57,164 nucleotides of DNA, filler included, from Sphacelaria rigidula (GCA_964200075.2; 5 parts of 5 records of this genome joined end to end with filler, not necessarily neighbours in it), one strand, 5' to 3'; shown: positions 1-12,750, counted from the first letter of the whole stretch. Numbers and translations: made by a program. The notes: a model not told the origin generated them from the sequence alone.

Positions 1-237
1 CATGAAGGGTGAGCTGCATCCTGCTAAGATTGTTCGGCCCGAAGCCTACTCATAATCCAGGGTGGGGGTGGTAAACAACGTACCCCGATGCAGCACTACT
101 GCAGATATTCGCATGGTTCTTGACACAGATGGAAATCAATCACAGCGGGGGCGTCCAACTTTCCAAAAGAGGCATGGGCCGTGATGATGGTATGTAGCGC
201 ACGGGTGTGTCGCTACCCTGTGTGACATCTATGGTAC

Positions 238-3200
238 CTTCTGGCACGTGAGGTTGTCGAACGCCATCTTCCCGTTCAGGTTCCATATCCGCACCGTTCC
301 ATCCACCGAACTCGTGAGCATCTCGTTTCGCTTCGTCGGGTGCCAATCTCCACCTGTCACTCGCGTCACGTGGCCCTTGGTGTTCACCATATCCTGGGGA
401 AGCGAATAAAACCGAATCGTGTGCGGTGCAAAATATGAACACGTCGAACAGATCATGATCTGTCCAAAAAAACTAATAAAACAAGACTGACTCTCGAGTG
501 CATTGGCCCAAACACACAAAATATGTGACCCGCGGAGTCAGAAAAGTCAAGGCGCACCCTTTGCACTACTCGGTGTGCTCACCGTCCGGCGCTGTAAGGA
601 GCAAACATAGAAAAGGGAGGCCAAATGATCTCCATACAATAGATCATGATCCGGATCAGTGTACTGAAAATAAGTCATTTTCAGACGCATCATGATCTGT
701 GCGACGTGTGAAAACATTCGCGGGCTAAGCGAGCGGGCTCTCCAGCGCGACGGAAGTCCTGCGCTGAAGCACGGTCATATTATGGATATTGATGTAAAAA
801 GATTTCCTCTGTCTGATAAGTTTTTGTAGCTTGATCATGGGATATCCATCATCTATCCGTAACAGAGGTGCTTCCAACCAACACCACAGGTGGGTACGTC
901 TATTGAAATATGAAATTAAGGGGATGCTCATGAAAAAGAAGAAGAAAACAAACGAGTCAAATCCGTTGAGAGTTGTTGGATCAAAACTGTCCAATTGCTG
1001 GCCACGTCGACCCATTTTGGCGGGTATTTTGACGATTTTAACCGAATTTTGGTCGCAAAACGTCGGATGTAGATTGTCCAACAACTCTGCAATGTCCGAA
1101 AAAGGGAAACCTCCTTTTCGATGCAAGAAGGAAACTCAGAGATATGGAGATCTTTATTTTTTGGCCATTATATTCGAATTTCCAGCCTTTTCTTTATTTT
1201 TTGGCAGGGGGGAAGGGGGGGCAACAGAATTATCGACATATACAGCCACTGGCGGGTAGACAGCTTTTTGTCGGGCCTTCGTCGTCCACGCAAACACAAA
1301 CGAACGAAAAAGGATTTCGACAAGAGAAAAACACCTGATATCTCAACAACATATATTCGTCGTTTACGATGGACAAGGTTGAGGGTCTGTGGAAACATCA
1401 ACAAAGCTAACTTTATGGGAGAGAGCAAGTATACACACACAATGCATGCAACGGCGGTAGAAGGCAACATACGTCTAACTGCCGAGCCGTACACGTGGCG
1501 TGACCATTGCGTCGGGGTTGCAAAGATAAGTCGCGGTGAACGGGCCAAAGGCTGCAGAGGCATCGCATGATCATGCACACACTCGAAATCGTGTGGCAGC
1601 AGCGGAGAAGGGAAAAGAGAAAGTAGGGAAGAAAAACGAAAACACGCAGCGGACTTGACATAGAATCTCAAGAGCTTGTGGTACCCCCACCCCACCATCT
1701 ACAATACGCCCTTCCAACACACTATCCACATCAGCCCGTATGCTTCTTCTGGAAAATGGTATGTTAGGGAAGCTGCTAGGGAGGGTATTAACCCTGTACA
1801 GCAAGCTGCTAGGGAGGGTATTGACCCTGTACAGCAAGTGCCGTGCGGAAGACTACACTACCGGGTGCGCTTACTCGTCACGGTGTACAGGGTCTCAAGA
1901 CACTTACTCACCTTGATGTAGGGATCTCCCTTGACGAAGTGCGCCAGCTGATTTCCATCTCGGTCGTACACCTATACTGGGGTCAACCCGGGATACGTCA
2001 ATCAGCGAACAGCACTACATCAACCGACGAGCGTCCGGATAACCAACACGGGCGTACAACACCTCACGCTCGAGCTCCAATCACAATATTGCGATCACTA
2101 AGAATGTTTTCACTCCGTGAAACTTAATTCATTTCGAGGCAAGCACGCAAGATCTCTCTTGCCCTCGCATGCGTGGTTGGAAACAAACAACAGTTTCCAC
2201 TGGCCAGAGGCAAGGAAGCGTAGGGCCGACGATGCTGGCTGGGCCACCCCTTGATTCAGAAGCCTTCAGCACGGTTCATCCAAACACCATATATTGAAGC
2301 CCAACGTGGCCCCAGCCAAGACGCGTCCTGCAGCCCGGCACCCCCCCCCCCCCCAGAAAAGGGGGGCAGGGGGCGTACTCATTGGTTGCTTGCCTTAATC
2401 GTTTGATTATTGACGACGCATCCCTTTCGAGACGGAGCTTAGCCCCCTCGGGGAGGGGGAGGGGAGGGGGGTGAACTCATGATAACGCGTGCCATAGTCA
2501 TCAGACCACTGACCTCGCACCCCTACAAAGCCGAGACGGAGCACGCGGGTTTTCGCCGGATCAGACTCGCACTCAATCACCAAGCGCGAAGCGCAGGGGG
2601 GGAGGGGGGGGGGGGTACCCATGATCTTGCATGCCATAGTCATGATATCATTGACCTCGAGGGGCGCATGCATATCAAATTCGATATTTTTCAGTGTGCG
2701 TGCGTTCCTCTGAAGACCACGTGATCTACGCAAAACCGAACACGACGTTTCAGTGCATTCATTAACCACCCGGTGCCCTACACCATGTGAGACCCAGTGT
2801 GTGTGAAGCAGAAACTAAGACCTGCCATAAAAACGTACCTTCGGCTGGCTGCCGGCGGTGCATACCAGGAAGGAGTGCCCTGTCCCTGAATAGCTTATCG
2901 ACACTACCACGTTTCCTTCCTCGGGTTCAATCTCTCGGAACGGTAGATGCCGCTTGTCCATGCCACCAAAGTCGAACAGCTTCACCTACATCGACAGAAG
3001 TTGGGGAGCAGCCCGAGCGTGTGGTCACGAAGGTCAGGAAAAAATCAGCAGCAGGGGTAAAAAACACGTGGATTTTTGGCGGTATTTCCCTGGATCTGTC
3101 TGCTCTTGTCGGTGCTCCGAGGGCTGTTCGTTGGATGAACTCCGCCGCTCGATCCCCGCCTGCATCGATGACTGGTTGGTTTTTGGTCTCACGATTGATT

Positions 3201-5783
3201 CTATCCGCTTCGAATCCAGTGTAGGATATAAAATGAACGTATCCTAGGTAAGGGAATCGAAGCATATGCTGGAGGGCGCCTCGAGTTGTGGAAAAATAAC
3301 AAAACGAATACAGGTCCCGAGAGAGCCCCTGGCAGGCCGCTCGCCGGGGGTCCACACAGGAGGGTGCATACACAGGAAGCAAGGCCGTGTGGGTAGGTTG
3401 CGACTCAGGTATCCCACAGCCGCACTACTAGGCAGGAACTCTCAATGTCCGAATCAGGAGAAAGAAGACACAAAAACACTAGTGCGACATTCGGGGAAGG
3501 ATGAACACGGCCGTCACATTTTTCGGCTGACGGAGATTCCGCTTGTAGAGCACGTGGGCCACAAGTGTGGTGACTCAAGATACAGCCACACCATGCGATC
3601 TCCCTGGCGGGCTGTTCTTGAGGGTAGCGATCCTCAGACCTTGACTCAATATTCCGACACGGATAGAAGGAGCTCATGCTGCATACTCGATCACACGGCT
3701 CCGACTAGCTACAAAAAAGGCTGAAAACTTTTACCTTGTAGTCCATAGATCCCGTGGCGACGCGCCCCCCTGCTCGATCCAACGCTAGAGCTGTGACGCC
3801 CTTGGTGTGACCGCTCAGCTTCACCTCGTGCGACACAGGCAGCCCTAATCGTCGTACCACCTGTCGGATGCGCATCTCTTCCGTGATCTCCTCTTCCTCT
3901 TCCTCCTCCTCCTCCATCGGATCCTCCTCCTCCTCCTCCTCTCCCCTCTCATCTATTCCATTCCGCGTTCTTGACCCCCGACCAACCGCCCCGTCCCGAT
4001 TTTCCACCGTCACCGCCTGCTTGCCCGCCTCGGACCCGGCTCCAGAATGTCGCCATGCTCCCGGTGTGAAACGTTGCGCCATCTCCTCTCCGTCATTTTT
4101 TTTCTCCCCGCCTTCACCCACGTCCTCGGTCCGTGTCAGCTCTGCGGTCATGGCAGCTATCTCTGCCTCTCGGCGTCGCCGTGCTTCTGCCTTGTCGGTG
4201 GCTGAGCTCTCGTCCCTTGCAGCGCCCGCTGTCTTGCCCGCGACAAACCGGCCGGCTACTCCCGATAACCCAGCACCGGCGCCGCCGCCCATGAGCTTCT
4301 TCGGTCGCATTGACTTCTTGCCGAGCGGCTTATCTCTTGCAGCACCGAACGAGGACGGTAGATTTGCGGCGAGCATCGCGGCTTCTTCAGACGCTACTTG
4401 CGCGGCTGTTGAGATGGGGCTCGCCTTCTTCCCTGCCGGTGTTCTTTGCTGAGACGTCCTTCCCTGCCCATCCCGCCCGTTCGCCTGCTGCTCGCCGTCT
4501 CGCTCCTTTACACGCTTCCCCGGGGGGGGCAGCATGGACGACGGAGTCAATTCCATTGCTCCGTTAACGCGGCCGTTGGCCGGCGTTTTTGTTTGTCTGT
4601 TATTCACCTGACGCCGTTCGGCGGTTTCTGCTGTCACGTGTCGCGAGACACCGTTTTCGCCTGCGGGCGTGTTGCCTTCCGTTGGGATGCTCGGCGCAGA
4701 CAGTCGAAACACGTAGGACCTGTCGGCAGCCCCAATTCAACCGGAATACGCACAAACAGTGGTATGACAGGAAATACGAACCACTTCCTACAGCAGTACT
4801 ACACCGCTTTTCCTTCGTCGAAAAGTGATTGATAACCACTCCCCTTTCTCGGAACGAGTGCGTGGTCTGAAGGGATCAACTCACCTGTCCAATCGTCCAC
4901 ACCGCTACACGCCTGACGTTTCGTAAACCGAACCGGATCAGCACTCCCGCACGCGTCAACTTTTATCAATTTTTCTTCGATACACACTTTGTTTTGCATA
5001 GTGGCTGTGTGAAATTTTCTGGGCTCTAACCTATTTGATTTGATTTCCTTCATCTTATTTTGGGTAGCTAGCCTGTGACCACGGAAGGCGTTCGCATCAG
5101 ATGCCCAGGACGGAGATCTGCGCAAATATCGGAACAGTTTTTAATGCGAAGACGACGACGACAACAGCAACAACAACAACAACAACAACTCCCGCCCTCA
5201 CGTATTCGGCGAAGGAAATCAGATAATGTTTGAAAAAAGGAATCTGAAGCATCTGCTGTCATCAAACGTTCGCCGGGACATAGACTGCAAGTTGACCAGT
5301 TGAACAAGGGAGGGATACACGCGCAGCGAAGCTGCCAACAAGACCGACGTCATACCCAAATGATGCCCTCAAAGAACAGCAACAACAAAAACGCAAAATA
5401 ACAACACTCTCAATACACCTTGAGCTCTCCCCAAACTTGAGCACATCTCCACTGCTCAGTCGTGAGGCGGTGTTGGACGGGATCTTGCAGCCGTTGACGT
5501 ACGTGCCATGCGTCGACCCCAGGTCAGCGGCAAACACATCCCCGTCCCCATTGTGCACGAGAGCCGCGTGCCGCCGCGATATGCTTGGGTGCTCTAGCAC
5601 TTCGTGCGACATTGTAGAGTTACGGCCCAGAATCGTCACATCCCGACTACCAGCAAGAACCACACCCAACCTAGTACGATCCTTGACTATTTGGAGATGC
5701 GCATGACCTGACGCCGCCGTGGGGGGTCCGCGCTGCACCGTGAGGGTAAGGCTTGAGGTATCGATATCGGGTTCCTCCGCCAT
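238..5783 (-). CDS. WDR70: FHA domain + WDR70 (gastrulation defective-1)-like WD40 protein, 5 exons seen, 3' end runs off contig
   Basis: Exons 5783-5419 (FHA: ILGRN..EHPSISRRHAAL..DLGSTHGTYVNG..LKFGESS, phase 2), 4719-3735 (R-SYVFRL.. low-complexity linker..LPVSHEVKLSGHTKGVTALALDRAGGRVATGSMDYK), 2985-2839 (VKLFDFGGMDKRHLPFREIEPEEG..AGSQPK), 1971-1912 (VYDRDGNQLAHFVKGDPYIK), 393-238 (DMVNTKGHVTRVTGGDWHP..LTSSVDGTVRIWNL). All introns are GT..AG and all phases are compatible. LP.SHE, FDFGGMD and KGD.YI.DM.NTKGH are WDR70-family motifs. Confidence 0.88.
439..709. mobile_element. small MITE-like element
   Basis: Terminal inverted repeat ACACGTCGAACAGATCATGAT ... ATCATGATCTGTGCGACGTGT; non-coding; lies in an intron. 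Confidence 0.55.
1770..1838. repeat. 33-bp tandem duplication
   Basis: AAGCTGCTAGGGAGGGTATT(A/G)ACCCTGTACAGC twice. Confidence 0.9.
2372..2435. repeat. abundant dispersed repeat (GCGTACTCATTTGTTGCTTGCCTTAGTCGTTTGACCATTGACCACGCATCCCTTTCGAGA family)
   Basis: Copies or fragments at ~2372, ~11257(rc), ~11456(rc), ~15655, ~22750, ~45815(rc); usually next to poly-G/poly-C runs. Confidence 0.8.
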
Positions 5784-6099
5784 GTTGCCTCGAGGGCCGT
5801 GGTGTTTCTTGAGCGAGGCTCCTTGCGTTTTATGCAGAAGTCGAAATGATTTATCGACACTAGATAACTATTCCATTTTGGGTCTCTTGAAGGAATGACA
5901 GGGGTGCTGATGCTGCACACCAGAAGGAGCGCGATGCGGCTACCGACAACGCAAGGGAGGGAGCTGAGTGATGAGTTTTTACAGAATATAATTACCCACA
6001 TTTCCCATTGTTCTGACCCGTATTCAACGATTGTGAGATGTTTGGTATGGCGTACTGTACGAGAGAGAGAGGACGCGGCCTGCCAGCCCACTTGACACG
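5784..6099. promoter_or_regulatory. probable bidirectional promoter (FHA-WDR70 / acyl-CoA dehydrogenase)
   Basis: Divergent start codons only 316 bp apart. Confidence 0.6.
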
Positions 6100-6291
6100 A
6101 TGTCGGAGAAGCTTGGCCTATTGAATAGCTTTGTAGAGAATGATTGTATCCCGGCGGAATCCGTATTCGAGCAACAGCTGGAGGAGATTGAGGCAAGGAC
6201 AGGATCTCGATGGACGGAGATCCCTGCAGTCATGATACAGCTCAAGGCGAAAGCAAGGTCTCTCGGGCTGTGGAACCTGTTCATGCCGAAG
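6100..6291 (+). CDS. acyl-CoA dehydrogenase (ACAD10/11, IBR3/FadE2-like), first coding exon only
   Basis: MSEKLGLLNSFVENDCIPAESVFEQQL..RWTEIPAVMIQLKAKARSLGLWNLFMPK followed by GTCAGA donor. F..e.ciPAE..F / LK.kAr..GLWNLF.P is the N-terminal signature of this ACAD subfamily. Later exons were not found in the contig. Confidence 0.8.
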
Positions 6292-7153
6292 GTCAGACAA
6301 CCTTGCGACTTGCATTGGTGAATGATGGTGCTCCATAGTAGTCGCGATGTGTGGCGTTGCTACGAGTCCTGCGGGTAAACAGCACTCTTCTACGTGAGGC
6401 TTTGTTCAAATAGTCTACTGTATCAGCTATCATTACTATCGTGCTACACTATACTGTACTACTATTGTCTGACTGTACTGCCTATATCTGTAATGTTCTA
6501 CAACAGTATACAATTACGCTGACTGTTGTTTGTCCTGTGCCGTGCCGTGCTGTAATGTAGTTAGTGTATAATAGTGTGCTATGCTACTGGCTGTATGATG
6601 TACTTGTACTCTCCACTGGCTTGATAGCTGATGGCGAGTATTTGGGGTTTCAACACCGAATTGGCGATGGCAGGAAAGAGGAAATCAATACTCGTACCCC
6701 CGTAGAGACCCTTTGTAATCAGTTGAAACGAAGAACCGACAGAAGTGAGGAAGCCAGTCGTTGAGGCTGTTGGAGACCTCATTCCATCCCAATACAAACA
6801 GGACGAACAGCGTACAAAGAGATACCCTTCATCATTATTCTACTGGCCGTAATGCACTGACAACCCGTACTCTGTTGAATTTTACGTCGCAGTCCCCAGA
6901 GACAATCAGTGGTAGGCTGCAGCGTTTACGTTGCCAACAGCATCGCTCATGGGTGGTACAACTGTGGTATAACAACAGAAGAAGTACTGTAGTACAGAAA
7001 TTACATCACGCAAAATTGAAATTATTCACCAATGAACCCAGCGTCGAGGACGTCTTTGTTTATTCCAAGACCGCCAGTTGAATCGGCATCACCATGGGCA
7101 TCACCTCACTCGAAAAATGACTTCGGGACCCATATGATCCAACCACACCATTA

Positions 7154-7621
7154 GACCGACTCTAATGGGAGCCGTTCAAAATTCCTGTTCAAAAGTGCCA
7201 TTTTGGCCCTTCTCCGTCGATTTACGCCTGAATAGAGGGCTAGGCTGTTGATGCCTTGGAATGACTTGCTCTACTCATTGAGTCTGTCCCTGGACAAGTT
7301 TGCATTACCCGCTGGCCGCACTTTTATTTTTGGCTGAACACGGATTTTCAACAAAAAACGGTCAAGCGACCAAAAAACAGGGGGAAATATTGATCACCTG
7401 TTCGTTTTTACTAAAAATCCGTGCTTGGCCTCATTTGGCCAAAAACACAAGTGCCGCCAGCGGAAAATGCAAAGTTGCGCTGGAAGCGTCCCAACGAGTA
7501 GAGCAAGTCATTCCAAGACGTCAACATCCGCCTAGCCCTCTCTTCGGGCGTAAATCGACGGAGAAAAGCCCAAAAGGCAGTTTTCGACAGGAATTTTGAA
7601 TGGCTCCCATTAGAGTTGGCC
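7154..7621. mobile_element. foldback MITE family C (long TIRs)
   Basis: Arms CCGACTCTAATGGGAGCC..TTGCTCTACTC.. / ..GAGTAGAGCAAG..GGCTCCCATTAGAGTTGG; related copies at ~7660-8060, 44205-44895 and a partial one at ~53280-53450. Confidence 0.8.
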
Positions 7622-8343
7622 GAAGGAGGGCGCTTCGTATTGTGACAAACCAAATATAAAAATCGGGAAAATTGCCTTCTTTAAAGCTTCTGCGTCGTTT
7701 TACGTCCTAGAGGGGAGCCAGGCGGATTTTGACAACTTGGAATGCCGTGCTGTACTCTTTGAGATGGTTCCAGCACACCTGTGCGTTTTTTTGTGTGGCC
7801 GCATTATTTTTTCGGCCAAACTTGTATTTTTGTCGGAGATCGCTCATTTTTCTTGGAGACCGGTCAAGTCCTGAATTTTTTTTTAATTTGCCAAGAGTCA
7901 AGAAAAAAAGTGAGGCCGCAGGAAAAACGCACAGATGTCCTGGAATCGTCTCAACGGGTGCAGCAAGACATTCCAAGGTGACATATCCGTCCCACTCTAT
8001 TTTTACGGCGTAAAACAACGCAGAAGCTCCAAAAAAGCTGTTTTCTAAATGTTTGCCACAAGAAGCGGCCTGTGGTGTCTTGTTATCAACGAGGCTTTCT
8101 TTTCAGATTCATTTCATTCGTCCCCAAAGAATAGATTCTTTCCCGACGTCTCCCAAGGTGCTCTACATGATATCTTGTCCACATTTACGTACCCGAGAGT
8201 ACTCTGCAACCAAGTAAAAAAGGAGGAACAACAAAGCTACGTTGTATATATTTTTTCCTTCCAACAAAACCTTACGATCACTGGTTTGTTAAAAATACCG
8301 ACCACTCTAGGACGTGGGTGTTGTTTTTTGTTGTTGACAATTA

Positions 8344-8533
8344 GGCCGTGTCTTCTCAAATGGTTTTCGACTCGAAAACGTACGGTGGAATCGAATCTAC
8401 TCGTATCTGATACGTCCACGGCATTGATGTTCTCAACCATCTAGGAAAATATATAGCGTGGACGAATCAGAAATGAGCGAATTCGGTTCGACCGCACGTT
8501 CTCGAGTCAAAAACAATTTGATGAGACACGGCC
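8344..8533. mobile_element. PIF/Harbinger (Tourist-like) MITE
   Basis: tta-GGCCGTGTC...GACACGGCC-tta: perfect TTA target duplication and palindromic body; diverged copy at ~13247-13437. Confidence 0.75.
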
Positions 8534-9201
8534 TTACTCTTGATTTTCCCGAAAACAAAGTGCCGCAAGAAATTCCGACGCTAGATTTTCGGCGAAATCT
8601 GTAGTCTCGGTCTTGAATTGAACCATCGCTTGACCTGGTCGACCCTTTGACCGCGAGGGTAGGTCATCTGTTCAGTCGGCACCACTTTTACATGAAAAAT
8701 TACTGCGTGACCCACATATGACCTTCCCTCCTAGTAATAAAAGGGTTACAGCAAGGAATCTGCCCTCACATTTTTGTGGAGATTTTTCTTTTGCCCCGAA
8801 AAATTCGGAGATTTAGGTGGAGGGGGGGGGAATAGACCCGGCAATAATCCCCCCGGGAGCAAGAATAGAAATGTCGGCACGTCCGGTGCGACGTCGGTTG
8901 CGGTGCTCTTGCGTAGGCTCCTGTACCTGCAGCAGCGTTGCTCCTCATCGGAATAACTTTTGGCTGCGAGCAATCGCGCAGGTCCGAGTACCTCCCAGAA
9001 CCGGCGAAACTTTCATACGGCACATAACGACAATACACTATACAAGTGGTAGTATCAACAGTGCGCAAGAGTTACACGGCGCTGGTGGTGTGCACCGTCG
9101 TGCGTGAAAAGAGTTGGCCACGGTGAGCTGGCGGGGCGACTACAATATGTACACACTGTACAGGCAGATAGATTACAGGTCTTGCGCGTCATCGCGGCGG
9201 T

Positions 9202-10057
9202 AGCGATACATTATCTCACGTTAGCCCCATCATGAGCATCCCGCAATATCTTCATGTAAAACTGACACGGCCTCCCGCGAACATGGGCGAGATCCTCAAC
9301 CTCATATCACACGGGAAAGCGACGGAAACGTTAAAACTTGGGCAACTGAGAAGCGAGCGCTATGTCAGCCTTTCGTGTAATATATGTGGAGGTGCCACTG
9401 TTGTCACAGTAACACGAACATCGCCGGGGATTTCTTATCCTCCTATCGGACGTGACACCGACTGTCCCCGTGACACGGAGCACAGGGGGCGGAGCCGGTG
9501 GGCCGGGCGACCCATCGGAACACCGGAGCGTCGTGAGTGGCGGGTCGGCCTCGGGCCAAATATGTACATTCGACGACTTACAAAATGCATTAGGTCCCTC
9601 GAAGAAATCATGACCTTGGCAGAGAACTTGTATGCCAAACCAACTACTTTAGCACACAGATTATCTTCCAAGATCCTGATTTCTTGGAGGGGCTTAATGC
9701 CTTTCGTAAGTCGTCGAAGGTGCAGTTTGGCCCGAGGTCAACCCGCCACCAACGACGCCCTTGTGCTCCGATGGGTCTCCCAGCCCAGCGTCAAGTCCGA
9801 CGGGAGGACAAGAAACTTCTCGGTAATTTTCATGTTGCCGTGATAGTAGCACCTCCACAGATACTCGAAGAATTCCTGACGTAGCGCTTGCTTCTGGCGC
9901 AGCGCTACCTATTTGCCAGGTTGTAACTTTTTCCGTCGCTTTCCCGTGTGACGAGGTTGAGGATCTCGTCCATGTTCGCGGGTGGCCGCGTCGGTCCCAT
10001 GTTGATTTTGGGGATGCTCGTGATGGGGCTGACGTGAGATGCGGTGTGGTTATCGCT
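9202..10057 (+). repeat. ~850-bp imperfect inverted repeat (long hairpin), candidate miRNA/hairpin-RNA locus
   Basis: Left arm 9202-9639 pairs with right arm 9648-10057 around an 8-nt loop (9640-9647), e.g. ATCTCACGTTAGCCCCATCATGAGCATCCC vs GGGATGCTCGTGATGGGGCTGACGTGAGAT; no second copy in the window. Confidence 0.85.
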
Positions 10058-10959
10058 GTAAAGACACAGAAGGGGTGCCGATGACGGTGGAGGGGGAAAA
10101 CTCCCTACAGCAAGTGAGCTGCGAAGCCCCCTGGTCGAGAGACAGGGGCGTGTATGTTGACGGCTGAGCGTTTTCTCAACTGATCACTGTTTTATCTCTG
10201 GTTTGCTGTGGGAAACACGGTACACGTATGAAATCCAAAACGTGAGGACAGAGGGTGTCTTCTCCCAGCAGTGCCTCTTTATCGTACGACGTAGTTCCGA
10301 AAGATACCACCTCTTTCCCGATGACGTTCTTGATAATACACGCAGATATAGATCTATGCATAGGCCTTTTCCGTGAGCCACTGGTTTTTTGTTAGATATT
10401 CGGAGAGACGTGTTGCCTTCCGTCACGCTGAAAAACGACGACAAAGAAGTGTAATAAAAATTTTAACAACACTCAACACTTACCACACCTAGCCAGACCC
10501 CTTGAATCGTAGGTAGTATCCTGTAGTATCTTCAAATATTGACATTCAGCCTCGCCAGGTACCGTGGTTTTGTGTTCCTGTACTGGCTCGATACTCTGAA
10601 ATCAAGTATATTCTACTCTCAACTCGAGTGCTGAACCCAAGCCACAACAACATCAAGTACTTCGTACTGATCTGCCCCCCCACGCGCGCCTTTTTATTTT
10701 TATTTTTTTAATATATTCAGTCGATGTTCTTGATTTTACATTCTCCCCTACCGCCGTCTGTGCTGTATTGTACTGCACGGCATATCCACCACGCCTGCTT
10801 GCAAAGAGTGGTTGTGGTCGACGTATTTCACGCCCGTCCGCGACTATTTCCCCTCCATAATTCACCCAACTCGGCTCCCTGCCGTACCCTCATGAGTCTC
10901 TTCACATATTGACAGCGTCGCGTGAATATCATTTTACTTCTATTGAGATGTTTCCTCGT

Positions 10960-11200
10960 AATATTTCACAAGTTGAACAGCTCATGATGTACCCAAAATA
11001 GCTCATCGAAGAGTACTCACAGATTCGTTGTCAAATAACACAAAATACACGACGGCGGGGTCTGAGAAGCCAAAAGCGCCACCGTTGTAGGAAGTAATAT
11101 AAAATATGCGGCCAAACGAGGTAGCTCATGGTCTTGACCAGTACACTAACAAGAAGTAATCTTTAGGTAGCTCATGAGCTGTCCGACGCGTGCAATATTT
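10960..11200. mobile_element. MITE-like element
   Basis: Imperfect TIRs AATATTTCACAAGTTGAACAGCTCATGA / TCATGAGCTGTCCGACGCGTGCAATATT. Confidence 0.5.
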
Positions 11201-11355
11201 TCAACCCACCTTTCGGGATAAGGGTTTGACATAACAGTTTCAACTCCTCCCCGCGCTAAGGCAAGCAACAAATGAATACCCCCCCCCTCCCCCCCCCCCA
11301 CCCACGCGAAGTTGGTGGAGAGGGTAGAAACAGTACAGATGGCAGCAGCTAAGAA

Positions 11356-11455
11356 NNNNNNNNNNNNNNNNNNNNNNNNNNNNNNNNNNNNNNNNNNNNT
11401 TAATTAATTAANNNNNNNNNNNNNNNNNNNNNNNNNNNNNNNNNNNNNNNNNNNN
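11356..11455. other. artificial contig linker
   Basis: N44-TTAATTAATTAA-N44 (stops in all six frames). Confidence 0.98.
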
Positions 11456-12479
11456 AACAAATGAGTACGCCCCCCCCCCCCCTCCTCTCGCCCTCTCTCT
11501 CCTTCCTTCCCTTCTCTTGGGTTGTGCCTCGCTCCTGTTGTGGATGGAAGCTGCTACCCAGTCGAGTCGCAACGTGCTTCCACAGCCTTCAGTTCGTCTC
11601 ATTTTAGTTCGTTGCCCTTGTAGGGTCCCCAAATCTGAAGAGGTCATGCGGCATGAACCTTACGGATTTTTTCTTCTAATTTTTCACGAGACCGGTGCTT
11701 GATCTCCTCTCTTCATTTCCTTCTTTTTGGCATCTGAAGTTCTTCACTTTAATCCGTTCATCTTCATATCTCTCATATATCCCCACTCAAAAGCTATCTT
11801 CCTCTGATGGGCTTCACCCCATTCATTCTGCCTGGATACGTATAGCTTGTCTTCCACGGTTGGAATCGCAACGGGTCAGTTCATGTGAGACGACCAACAG
11901 TTGAATAAATTGATCGATAAGCTACAGACATCATGCATAACGGCTGCCAGCCGGTGCCTTTATATATAAGTAATTAACGGTATGTTGGAGTACCACCACA
12001 GTGCGGTCATGCCCGACTGGCGACCCACCGCACTATACTGGGATCCTCCCCCCCATACACTGTAATGCGCTTGATATGACAGTCGACAAGGAACACGTCC
12101 GCTCGAATAAGGAGGGTTTTGCATTTTTCAAAATAACATTGATGCTGGAAGATGACCGCCGGCGATGCTCACGTCAAGGCCAGCAGACTGCATTTGCACT
12201 CGAGGGAAGGTTCACCCAGTTTGACGTTGCAGTAATTTTCGCACGCACTGATAGCATCGTCATCCGCCAGATACAGCTTGCAGTGAATTACAGTCGGTAT
12301 TTTACGTGCCTCGTCTCTCGTTCCAAGGTTATCATGAAAAATAAAGACACGAGCACAACATAATGTGAATCATTTGATAAATTAATTACCTGTTTGTTGT
12401 GGAATATGTGTCCCGTTGGGGTACTGATGCTGTAGGGCTGATCATGTAATGAATATATTTTACTTTGATCATCCGTGAA

Positions 12480-12750
12480 AAAATCACGATTTTTCAGGCC
12501 TGATTGCTCGAAGGAGAGGAAGAAGTCGACCGCTGGTCGAAAAGGTCTTCACGCAGTCAGTGTTCCATTCCACGTGCCTGGGCTGCGCGTAGCTGGGTTG
12601 CAACGCTGAAAACAAAGCCTAAGGAGTGATTCGTACGGTACGAATCAATCAGACTGAAAGCAAGTAATTTCCAGACGAATCATCAAGTCGTCAGACCCTT
12701 GGAAAATTTGAGAACAATATATCACCACGACACAAGCGGCAAAATCGCAA
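12480..12750 (+). repeat. dispersed repeat, inverted partner at ~20830-21115
   Basis: Shared CTGGGTTGCAACGCT.AA.ACAAAGCCTA.GGA.TGATTCGTACGG and CAAGTAATTTCCAGACGAATCAT blocks in opposite orientation. Confidence 0.75.

Noticed and set aside
3868-4452. Long antisense ORFs (also 17011-17598, 53788-54183, 54976-55401)
   Set aside because: Shadows of GC-rich or low-complexity coding exons on the opposite strand
11820-11875. PVAIPTVEDKL on the minus strand, resembling the group II intron RT motif RPLGIPTV.D
   Set aside because: An in-frame stop lies immediately upstream and no other RT motifs follow; likely chance
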